Positions 54,290-64,000 of a stretch of 64,000 bases of DNA are shown piece after piece. Source of the DNA: Macrostomum lignano (taxonomy: Eukaryota). Position numbers and translations under genes: made by a program. The stretch covers positions 372,001 through 436,000 of the forward strand of contig NIVC01000114.1 of assembly GCA_002269645.1 (NCBI GenBank). The letters are read 5' to 3'. Within the stretch, counting starts at the first letter, position 1. Each line of letters starts with the position of its first letter. The notes under the pieces are model-generated. The model saw nothing but the letters and a program-made list of their open reading frames with translations, made no database searches and was not told where the DNA came from.

Positions 54290-54750
54290 GAAATTTCTTT
54301 CTTCTCTTCTTTTTCCTATCTTCTTTCGTCTCGTCTCTTCTCTCGTCTCTCGCCTCTTCTCTCTGTCCTCTCATCTCTTCTTTCTTCTCTCTTCTCTCCT
54401 CTCTCCCCTCTTCTCTCGTCTCAATTCCCTCTTCCCTCTATTCTTTTCTCTCTCCTCTCCTCTCTTCTCTCTGGTCTCTGATCTCTATCTCCTTTGACCT
54501 CCTTTATCTCTTCTCATTTCTCTCTGCTCTCTACTCTCTCCTCTCTCTGCTCTCTACCCTCTCTTCCCTATCCCCTCTTCTCACTCCTTACTCTACCCTC
54601 TCTTAACACTTCCCTCATCTCACCTCTCTCCTTGTTTCTCTCTTCTCTCTACTATCTCCTCTCATCTCTTCTATCGTCTCTTCCCTCACCTCTCAGACTT
54701 CTCTTATCTCTCCTTTTTCTTCTTTTATCTTCTCCCTCTTATTTTTTCCC

Positions 54751-54804
<54 letters not shown>

Positions 54805-55910
54805 ATCTCTCTGCTCTCTCATGTCCCATCTCTCTTCTCTCTAATCTCTCCCCTCTTTCCTCTTCTCTCGGCTCTCTCGTCCTTTTGCCCAATTTCCCCT
54901 GTCCTCTCAATTCAATCTCCTCCCCTCCTCTCTCCTCACTCACTTCTCATCTCTCCCTTGTCTCCACCTGTCATCTCTTAATTCTTATCTCTCCTCTTTT
55001 CTCTCTACTCTCCCATATCTCGTCTGTTCACTCTCGTTTCTGCTCTCTCATCTCCCTTCTCTCATCTCTCATCTGTACTCTCATGTTCTCTCACCTCTCT
55101 CCTCTTGTACTCTTCTCTTTCCCTTTTTTGACTCAGGACTCTCTTTCCTTTCTTCTTTCTTCTCGTCTCTTCTCTTCCCTCTTCTATACTCTCTCCCTCT
55201 CTTGTCTTCTCTCTACTCTCCTCTCTCCTGTGTACTCTTCTCTTTCTCCTCTTCTGACTCCTCTCTTTCCTACTCCTCTCTTCTCTTCCCTCTTGTATAC
55301 TGTCTCCCCTCTATTCTCTTCTCTCGTCTCTCTGCACTCTGCTCTCTCTTCCTTCATCTCCCATTTCTACTCATCTTTCCTTTCATCTCCCTCATCTCTG
55401 CAATATAATCTCTTTCCTCTCTCCTCCTCTTCCTTTTACTCTATCATCTCTCCTTTCTCCTCTCTTCTTTCTCAACTCTCTCATATCTTATCTCCTCTCT
55501 TCTCACTCCTCTTTCTTCCCCTCTCTCCCCCTCTTATCTCCTCTCTTCTCACTCCTCTCTCTTCCCCTCTCTCCCCCTCTTATCTCCTCTCTTCTCTATC
55601 CTTTCTAATCTCTCCTCTCGATCCTCTCTCATCTGCCTCTCTGTTCTCTAATCTCTCATATCTTCTCACTCTTCTCTACTCTCCTCTCTCATCGATCATG
55701 TCTCATCTCTCCCCTCTTCTCTCTCCCTCTTCTTACCTCTACTCTTTCCTCTCCCTCCTCTCTCCCCTCCCTCGCTTCTTCCTCCCATATTCTCTGCTCT
55801 CTCCTCACCCCCTCGTCTCTCCTGTTATCTTCTATCTTTTCTCTTATCCCCCTCTCGCCCCTCCTTTTTTCTAATAGTCTAATCCTTTTCCTTTTCACTC
55901 TCATCTAGCC
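54290..55910. repeat. Long C/T low-complexity tract including (CT)n
   Basis: Direct reading; the Leu/Ser ORFs are artefacts. Confidence 0.93.
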
Positions 55911-56040
55911 CGCAGCCATGAGCTGGATTCTTTATCTGGCCGTTCAGGTAAAAATCTGCCGATCCCTGCTTCGAAAGCCAGTTTGTGGGACATACATTGT
56001 AGTACTGTCATTGTTATCATTTCTCATGCTTGAATCTGAT

Positions 56041-56212
56041 TACATGCGCAACCTTGGGATTCACTCGGCCGTTTCTATTGGCAACACATACATGTAAGTC
56101 GCTATTGGCTGAGAGCAGTCACGTGACTAATATTCCGTCCAATAGCAACTTACATGTGTGTGTTGCCAATAGAAACGGCCGAGTGAATCCCAAGGTTGCG
56201 CCCAAGCATGTT
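56041..56212. mobile_element. Palindromic MITE of about 170 bp (young copy)
   Basis: Near-perfect hairpin TACATGCGCAACCTTGGGATTCACTCGGCCGTTTCTATTGGCAACAC...GTGTTGCCAATAGAAACGGCCGAGTGAATCCCAAGGTTGCG. Confidence 0.85.
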
Positions 56213-57399
56213 TAATCACGTCATCTTTCTGGCCAATTGGCAGCCCTGAGAGGAATTTGTGTATCTCCAGCTCCACCACTACAGTTTGCACTCTGCAGCA
56301 GTCTAACAACCAAGGAAATACGCATTTCTTAGAATCCATTTATTAACTTTTAAAGTTACCTTATGCCAATCTTAATTCTTAATGTTATAAGCTTCATGCT
56401 GTAACTAACTAATTTAGTAGGATTGCATTGTAATCAGTTAATCGTTAGTTTTTCGCTATTTTTACAAACCATCCCACATTGTCTTGACTCTTGATTTGCC
56501 ATCCACAGTTAAACTGCTGCAGACTTGTCTATACAGAGGACAGTGGTTTGAATCTCTCGCTAAACTGTCTCTCCTCTCCACGCCTCTCCACTCGCGGGGG
56601 TACAGAGAAGGCTATTAAAAAGTTATTCCAAAACACTGTACATTCGCTATGTACATTGAGCCCTATCGCCTGACCCTTCGTCTGGGCTGGGGGAATGAGT
56701 GAGTGAGCGGCACAAACAACAGAAAAAGCAGTCAAACTTCATATGCTTATAGTTTCTGTAAGCTTCGCTTCACGTGAAGCAAACTTATGGCAGCCCAAAG
56801 TTAGTCATTTAAAAACCTATTTGCACCCTTTGCCCAGATCGGGAAAGAGGCAGGCGGGCGGAGGTTGGGGTGGCTGCCTCGCTGAAAAAAACAGCCTAAC
56901 TTTAAAAGTGCACAGCGGCTTTCAGGATTAACTTTGAAATTTGAAATGTTACACGATTGTGTGTCAAAATAGTTGAAGATTGATTGTGATAAATTTGAAG
57001 AGAATCGGTAGAAGTGGAGCGGCGCTATGGAGGATTAAGCGAAAAAATCGCGCATTTTGAGCAGTTTTTTGTACTTTTAGGTGGTAAAACTTGAGTCTAG
57101 GAAATTTAAAGGTAGCCTAAGACATTCTCCGTAGTAAGTCTAGGGTGGGTGTAGTCTGGTGTCATTTGGTTGAGCGGTTTGGGAGTCCATAGCGATCAAA
57201 ATTGTACACAGACACACACACACAGACAGAGTTTTGATTTTTATAGGTAGAGATTGTTTCTCGGTCCACTCTTTGGGCCATAGACATGTTGTTGACCGGG
57301 CATCTGCATCCACAGACTGTGGATGCATTCTGTGTCTGCATCTGCATCTACATCTAACGGAACAACAACTGCGGCATATGAGGTATCTGCCACTGAATC

Positions 57400-57730
57400 C
57401 TCTACATCCTCAGAGCGATTCGATAGGCTAGATGATGCAGAAATAGAAATAGGCCTCCGCTATTCCGGACAAAACGCGTCGCAAGGAACACTCGGCCATC
57501 ATTGTGTTCAACAAGTGGTGCGCCTGAGCACAGATTTGCAAGGAGAAACCAAATCACTTCTTGTCTCCAAACCGATCGAAGAACCGAGTGGAGACAGTTG
57601 GAAGAATCTTCTGGGGCGGTTCTTTTTCGAAGTGCGCAAACAGAATGGGAGCAAGTGCAATGCATTAATTCAGCTGTTGCACGGGAGTGACTGTCTACAT
57701 TTACACCGTCAACAATACGATGCACTTTCG
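57400..57730 (+). mobile_element. Second, more decayed Crypton/DUF3504-like fragment (N-terminal part)
   Basis: IPDKTRRKEHSAIIVFNKWC, then by frameshift KNLLGRFFFEVRKQNGSK, resembling the Crypton N-terminal T..A..VF..W and L..FF.EVRK.DG motifs. It may continue beyond the 57.8-58.4 kb minisatellite. Confidence 0.5.
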
Positions 57731-57829
57731 AAAAATTGTTTGCCACTTTTAACTACTTGTCTCCTCGTTGCTGCAATTTTGCGCTCATCCTGCTTCTAGG
57801 TTCGTATGAGATGCTTCTACTAGTCCTCA

Positions 57830-58465
57830 AATCGTTTCTCAGTCATCAAGCAATCGTTTCTCAGTCCTCAACCAATCATTTCTCAGTCCTCAATCAATCA
57901 TTTCTCAGTCCTCAATCAATCGTTTCTCAGTCCTCAATCAATCATTTCTCAGTCCTCAATCAATCATTTCTCAGTCCTCAATCAATCATTTCTCAGTCCT
58001 CAATCAATCATTTCTCAGTCCTCAATCAATCATTTCTCAGTCCTCAATCAATCATTTCTCAGTCCTCAATCAATCATTTCTCAGTCCTCAATCAATCATT
58101 TCTCAGTCCTCAATCAATCATTTCTCAGTCCCAATCAATCGTTTCTCAGTCCTCAACTAACAGTTTCTCAGTCCTCAACTAACAGTTTCTCAGTCCTCAA
58201 CTAACAGTTTCTCAGTCCTCAACTAACAGTTTCTCAGTCCTCAACTAACAGTTTCTCAGTCCTCAACTAACAGTTTCTCAGTCCTCAACTAACAGTTTCT
58301 CAGTCCTCAACTAACAGTTTCTCAGTCCTCAACTAACAGTTTCTCAGTCCTCAACTAACAGTTTCTCAGTCCTCAATCAATCGTTTCTCAGTCCTCAACC
58401 AATCGTTTCTCAGTCCTCAACCAATAGTTTCTCAATCCTCATCTTGAGGACTGAGAAACGATTTA
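57830..58465. repeat. 22-bp minisatellite with two variant blocks, ending in an inverted unit
   Basis: TTTCTCAGTCCTCAATCAATCA then TTTCTCAGTCCTCAACTAACAG; GAGGACTGAGAAACGATT near 58447-58463 is the reverse complement of the unit. Confidence 0.92.
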
Positions 58466-60589
58466 ATGGCTCGAAAAATAAAGCAAAACCATGGACTGCA
58501 GTTGAGCATTCAACAGAAAAGAAAAGCCTCGTCAAACGATACAGTTTTAGTAGATTAAATTGTACATTACTCAACCATTTATTGCCCTAGAGACTAGATA
58601 AATGGCGAATATAATACGTGTGTATCCAATCACTTAGAAAGGACGCTCTTTGGTGTCTTGACACTAACGTAAGAACATATACTCAGCAACATTGAAAAGT
58701 CGCCATCACAGAAGATTCCGTCTGTGGTCGCCACTTTTGAGAGTGCAGGTAAAGTCTCTCAATCTTTGCGAGTGACGCAACTTGCTACGCCGCGGCAGAC
58801 TTGAGTTGAGGAATGAAGTGGGGGGAGCGGTGTGCTACCCCGATCAATTTGTTTGTATCTTTTATTCCAGAATAGTCCAAGAGAAATTGCTCACTGGCGC
58901 AGAGTGGCGACTTTTCAATGTTGCTGAGTATAAGTCTGTTCTGTGCCAGAACTTTGTATCCATAGCATGATGCCCGTACGAGCACATGTTCAGTGTTTGT
59001 GTGACGGCGGATTCCAGAGAAAATAATTTTTACTCTTATAAAAACTCGATCTTAAAATTTGAACCATTTTCCACTCCTTTTGCAGTTTGAGTTGGAGCAG
59101 AGGCGACTCCAGTGGGCTGAGCTGAGGGGCAGCTGCAGCCCCACTGAAATTTTGAGCTTCGATCCCTTCTGGCGACCCCGCCAGGACAGCCGCTGAGGAC
59201 CGGCGCCCGAATGGAGCACTGAGCTCGGCCTTCAGAACTCCGGTCTCAGCAGCCAAGCAGCCTCTGCAGCTATAGCGCCCTTTTCCTGCTGCCCCTGCAC
59301 TGCGGCCTGGCATTGGCGCCCTTTTCCTGCTGCCCCTGCACTGCGGCCTGGCATGGCGCCATTAGTGGGGCGCACTTAGTTGGCGCCCTTAGTTTGCACC
59401 CTCAATTGACGCCCTTAAAGTTGGCGCCCTCGTTTGGCGCCCTCAGCTTGCGGCCTTGAAGAGTTTACAAGTGGTGATCAGTCACTCAAAAACTCCCACT
59501 TCCAGACCGCAAGCCTGGGAAGAGAAGTCAGTGATCAATTCCTATTGCAGGCTCCTCTTGTTCGTCGAGCAGGTCTGTAGAGTCTCCTTAAAGTATTCTT
59601 CCTCCGGAGTTGTCTTCTTGAGTTCTGAAGTCGGCCGAGTATGAGAGCGTATAAATTCAATCCGTCGACGTCAATGTATTCTTCAAGTTCAGAAATCAGA
59701 ATCAGAGATGCGCCCTAATAACAAAGTCAGCTTTATAACAAAAACGAGGTCCTCCGAAAGAGCGTCTTATTCTAGAAATAACGAAATCGGAGTCCTGTGC
59801 CCCTATCGGTTACTCTAGGGTACCAAAATCAATCAATCAATAATCGTCTAAGAGTCCGCAGATCCTACCCAATCCCTTAGGAATAGGTGAACCTAGATTT
59901 AATAACTCAATAGAAATCAACTGATCAGTAACGGCCGGCAATAACCGCAGGTCTCAATAATCAAAATAACAAAGACTCTGACAAAGGCTTATCAATTCGT
60001 ATTCGTCTCCCTCGGAGATATAGCCTCATTTGCGTGCTCTGGCAAAGCACAAGATCTCTTGAGGCTGCTCCGAGTCTGAGGTTTCAGCTCCGATTTTTCG
60101 CTTGTATTTATACACAATTTGGGTCGACCTTGAACTCAAACCGTTTTTAATGAGGTCAAGAAAGAAATTTTATTATTTGAAAGCCGAGGGTTTTGAATAG
60201 AGAAGGGTGAGACTTGGGTCGCATTCAGGTTAAAATTTACCATATTTGGAAATTCTAAAGACGGACATTGAAAACGGTTTTTTCTGGTAGAATGATTACT
60301 CGCTGTTTTCGTGATATTACTGGTATTGCTAAAAATAGAGTACTGCGTATGTTATTTTTAAGTTTGTATTCGTAATTTTATCTTACTACTTCTACTAGTC
60401 TGCTATGCTTGGAGATCTCTACACACTCAGTTGGCGCCGCCCCCCCCCACGAAAAAGGTCATCATTTTCAGCCACTGTGAATTATTCAGGCATGTGAATT
60501 TTTTGATGTTTTGACAATTTACTTGGCTTAATTTAATTTTTTTGACCGACCAGAGAACAGAAGGGTCTGTGAGATGCCATTGGGTCTGA

Positions 60590-60785
60590 GGGCTGCCATT
60601 ATCTGTGTGAGGGCTGCCGTTGTCTGTGTGAGGGCTGCCGTTGTCTGTGTGAGGGCTGCCGTTGTCTGTGTGAGGGCTGCCGTTGTCTGTGTGAGGGCTG
60701 CCGTTGTCTGTGTGAGGGCTGCCGTTGTCTGTGTGAGGGCTGCCGTTGTCTGTGTGAGGGCTGCCGTTGTCTGTGTGAGGGTCCT
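60590..60785. repeat. 21-bp minisatellite
   Basis: Unit GTTGTCTGTGTGAGGGCTGCC, about 9 copies. Confidence 0.93.
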
Positions 60786-61035
60786 GCAGTCCCATGACCT
60801 CCTGACCATTAGAGGGCGAGTAGGTTTATTTACTTTTTGGATCCTACAGTTGAATGACTTTAAATATTTTTGTCTTAGCGTATATCCATTTATTTCATGA
60901 AATTTTTGCCGTGTAAAGACAATGCAAGAATGAGTTAATACAACTTGTTTTGTAGGCCTAAAGACTTGTGGTAGTAAGAGCAAAATATTGCTATTAAAAA
61001 TATTCATGCTCGAATTTTTCATTATTTTTTATTTT

Positions 61036-61325
61036 AACAACAACAACAACAAAATACGCTGTCATGATGGTAAAAGTCAGCGTCACAGGGCGCGCTTCAT
61101 GGCTTGGGCGCGAACAAAGGCCGCGCCACCGGCAGTGTCCGGGGCGCCGGCGTCAGCCAGCAGACAGTCGACATAACGCCGAGTTCGCGCTTGACCTCGC
61201 CGGTAGGGTGCCTGCAGCGTGAGCAGCAGCACCTCCTGCACCGGCTGTGGGCAGTACGACTCGGCGCGGATGAGATGGCCTGCGAGCTGGAGTCGCCGAC
61301 GGCGCAGTATTTTAGCTGGATATAA
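61036..61325 (-). mobile_element. 5'-truncated RTE-clade non-LTR retrotransposon 3' end
   Basis: ILRRRRLQLAGHLIRAE...LLL...RRGQARTRRYVDCLLADAG matches the RTE ORF C-terminus and is followed by a (TTG)n tail at 61036-61052. Confidence 0.75.
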
Positions 61326-61464
61326 TTCTAAAAATTTTAACAAAGCAAGTTTAGATATTGACTCGTACGGATCCAATCATTTTACGAATATCATTTTCTA
61401 TTAATTTTTGAACAATATGATCACATGAATAGAATTAGGATAAAAAACGGTATTGTAGCTGAAG

Positions 61465-61735
61465 TTCATGAGGCTGTCAGTCACTGAATGTTCGTAAAGG
61501 AGCTGTCAGGCTGTCAGTCACTGAATGTTCATGATGGAACTATCAGGCTGTCAGTCAGTGAATGTTCATGAGGGAGCTGTCAGGCTGTCAGTCACTGAAT
61601 GTTCATGAGGGAGCTGTCAGGCTGTCAGTCAGTGAATGTTCATGAGGGAGCTGTCAGGCTGTCAGTCAGTGAATGTTCATGAGGGAGCTGTCAGGCTGTC
61701 AGTCAGTGAATGTTCATGAGGGAGCTGTCAGGCTT
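61465..61735. repeat. 37-bp minisatellite, second array
   Basis: Same unit as 43155-43880. Confidence 0.93.
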
Positions 61736-61974
61736 GCAGTTGCTACAGGGTACATAAGCACACGATGAAAGTACATAATGAAATCGATTTGCAGATTTGC
61801 AGACTGATTGACATGATTCTGAGATCAGGTGCTTAAATAATCCAGGTGAATGTATAGGCACTAAGTTAAGCCATAAAAATAAGTTTGGATTATTTATCCG
61901 AATTACTTACACTGAAATGTCTTAAACTGTACGCGCCAGAGGGGCCAGAGAAGCTTACAAATTCCGAGTTCAAC

Positions 61975-62041
61975 TCAAGCTGCTGCATCAAGTCTCTCCA
62001 GCTTCTCCCTGACCCAGCCGACCTCTGAATTTTCCAGGTTC
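61975..62041 (-). other. Candidate alternative terminal exon of cGLR copy 2
   Basis: ttatctgcag|G AAC CTG...: NLENSEVGWVREKLERLDAAA*, an intact acceptor and open frame. Confidence 0.4.
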
Positions 62042-62459
62042 CTGCAGATAACAGCTACCTGTGCATTTGGCTTGAATATTTCATTAAAAAGCATTGGCAA
62101 TTGGGTATTGAAGTCCGCAGAACAAAATCGCAGAGAAAAGCCCGCATCGAAGCAGACGCGCAGTTTGAAGGGGAAAAGTAATTAAGCATGCAGTGTGAAT
62201 TGAATTGCAGCACAAATGAGCAAAACAGAAGTTCATAGCAGGAGGGCTGATCGCACTAAGTCAGCAACAATAATCTAGGATTATTCATTTTACAAAGAGT
62301 ATTTCGGCATTAAAACTGATTGAAATGAAAATGAGAAAACTTACTGACTCAACGGAATGTAACGTAACTAAAAAAAGGAACCCCAAAGATAGAAGAAAAA
62401 AATGAGTCTAAAACTCCAGTCTAGAAAAACTTCAAAATTTGAGCAACGAAGTCCTCAGG

Positions 62460-64000
62460 TCATTGCGGTCTCATCCGGCTGAGCTTGGCGTGAGTCCAGC
62501 TGTCTCTCTGCTCCGCTGCAGTTTCCATGGCTACCAGGCGCCCCAAGTCGGCCCCGTCTCGCCGCAGCCTCGCCCTCGCCCACAGCCTTCGCTCCTCATC
62601 TTCCCTGCTGCGGTGAGCGCCGCTGTCGCTGTCGCTGCGGTTCGAAACTCGCCACCGCTTCTGCCTGACCCAGCCGATCTTCTCCTCGTCCTGCGTCTCC
62701 ATGACGACGCGTCTCTCTTTCTCGATCATCTCCATCTGCTGCAGGCTGAGCTCCACATGCTCGCGGCAGTCGCTGTAGTGAGCCAGAGTGAGCAGCTCCT
62801 CCAAGTCCGGGTCTCCAAGCAGCTGTTCAATCCAATGATCGAATGCGATTGCAGGTGCGCGATTGCGGAGCAGCTCAGCTTGGAGACTCCAGCTCAGGCA
62901 GCGGAAGTTCACGTACAGGTGGGAGAAGAGAGGCTGCGACAGTCTGGCTGTGAACAGAGTCTGCGTGAAGTCGGGAAGGAATGGGAAGCAAGGCGGAGAG
63001 TCGCAGGGGAGGCAGAACCTCCACGCCCAGTCTGAGTCTTCTGGCAGTTCTATCTTATTTTGTAGCCAGTTACCCTTGTCTCGGATGTCGTGTGGCTTCA
63101 ACCCTGACTCAACCTGATGTCTCTGCAGCTCCATCGCGAGTCTCTCAGCCTCCTCAGATTCTCCAAACTTCAAATGCGCCATGGCGGTCATGCACAGGGC
63201 GGCGCACTTGCACCACTTTAGCTTATGCAGGAGGCTGAGCTGCCTCATCAGGGTGTCTCTGTCGCTCGATTCCAACTGCAGCCCGCTCACACACTGGTGC
63301 ACAACACTGTACACGTCTGCGCACTTGTGGTACATTTCTGGATATTCACTTCCTTTCCTGATCTCTGTGACAGCAGGCGGCGCTGTCAGAGGCAGCAGAG
63401 TGAACGGGTGAAAGTAGAACTTCTCTGACTGCAGAGGTCTCACGAGTCTCCTCAGCTGCTCGACCACTCCACCGATGTCGCTTCTCAGCTCACAAAGTCG
63501 GTGTCGAACCCTCGCCTTCGTGTTGTCGAAGTCGCCGCCAATTCCAGCGTTCTTGAAGTAGAGCGGAGCGTCGGGCATGAAGAAGTGCGGCATGCACTCA
63601 TCGGGCGAGCTGCTCGAGTCGATGAAGCTCAGCATCATGTCGAGAGACTCCTTGAGCAGAGCGATCAGATTGTGGGGCTGCCAAGCCTCAGTTTGAGGAT
63701 CTGTGCCATGCTTCTCTAGCATTGTGAAGAGCAGAGTCTTTGCATGGTAGGTCTTGAGTCCAGGTGTGTCCAGAGTGAGCGGCAAGTGTCTCTTGAAGAT
63801 GAACTTGATGAGTGTGAACAGCTGGCCCTGGACTGTGCTCAGTCGTCTCATGATGTCTTTCTCCTGGAAGCTGAAGCTCACTCTGAGCTCGTTGGTCTCA
63901 CTCGGTCTGGTCGCCCGAACGAGGTGAACATACTGCCCTTTATGAGTCAGTTTTTCAATTCTGTACTCACAGAAACTGCTGCAGCACTGGATCACATGGC
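62460..64000 (-). CDS. Mab-21/cGAS-like protein, copy 2 (large 3' exon; the gene continues beyond the window)
   Basis: Nearly identical to copy 1 from VHLVRATRPSETNELRVSFSFQEK through CMPHFFMPDAPLY and in the helical tail, with an offset of about 17.0 kb. The 3' flanks are also homologous. Confidence 0.88.
   Translation of the reverse strand, partial: HVIQCCSSFCEYRIEKLTHKGQYVHLVRATRPSETNELRVSFSFQEKDIMRRLSTVQGQLFTLIKFIFKRHLPLTLDTPGLKTYHAKTLLFTMLEKHGTDPQTEAWQPHNLIALLKESLDMMLSFIDSSSSPDECMPHFFMPDAPLYFKNAGIGGDFDNTKARVRHRLCELRSDIGGVVEQLRRLVRPLQSEKFYFHPFTLLPLTAPPAVTEIRKGSEYPEMYHKCADVYSVVHQCVSGLQLESSDRDTLMRQLSLLHKLKWCKCAALCMTAMAHLKFGESEEAERLAMELQRHQVESGLKPHDIRDKGNWLQNKIELPEDSDWAWRFCLPCDSPPCFPFLPDFTQTLFTARLSQPLFSHLYVNFRCLSWSLQAELLRNRAPAIAFDHWIEQLLGDPDLEELLTLAHYSDCREHVELSLQQMEMIEKERRVVMETQDEEKIGWVRQKRWRVSNRSDSDSGAHRSREDEERRLWARARLRRDGADLGRLVAMETAAEQRDSWTHAKLSRMRPQ

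Noticed and set aside
54191-55904. Leu/Ser-rich ORFs resembling membrane proteins
   Set aside because: C/T low-complexity DNA.
58990-59455. GGCGCCC-rich segment with a short (about 37-bp) duplication as a DNA-transposon end
   Set aside because: Suggestive of non-autonomous element subterminal motifs, but no matching TIR pair or TSD could be found.

Overview
Eukaryotic (animal) genomic DNA with GT-AG introns, nearly all filled by a different minisatellite. This is the pattern expected of a free-living flatworm such as Macrostomum, but the species is inferred, not shown. Left half: a multi-exon RDL-like GABA-gated chloride channel (minus, 17959 to about 3322, M4 exon not in the window) with an antisense two-exon gene nested in intron 4; a divergent LIV-1-type ZIP/SLC39 transporter with a degenerate metal site; cofilin/ADF; PWP2 (4 exons); and PHAX (3 exons). 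Middle (35.5-42.4 kb): a CpG-depleted stretch of decayed transposons (piggyBac remnant, MITEs, a TSD-flanked retro-like insert). Right half: two tandem paralogues of a Mab-21/cGAS-like nucleotidyltransferase (cGLR). For the complete copy, splice phases join an ankyrin-repeat exon (52750-51655), an NTase exon (GSYAEG...SDID) and a Mab-21 plus helical exon into one protein of about 1000 aa, with a decayed Crypton in the ANK-NTase intron. The paralogues are near-identical except for discrete hypervariable patches. This ANK-cGLR cluster is the most interesting candidate system. All gene models were assembled by eye from splice sites and reading frame; no database search was run.
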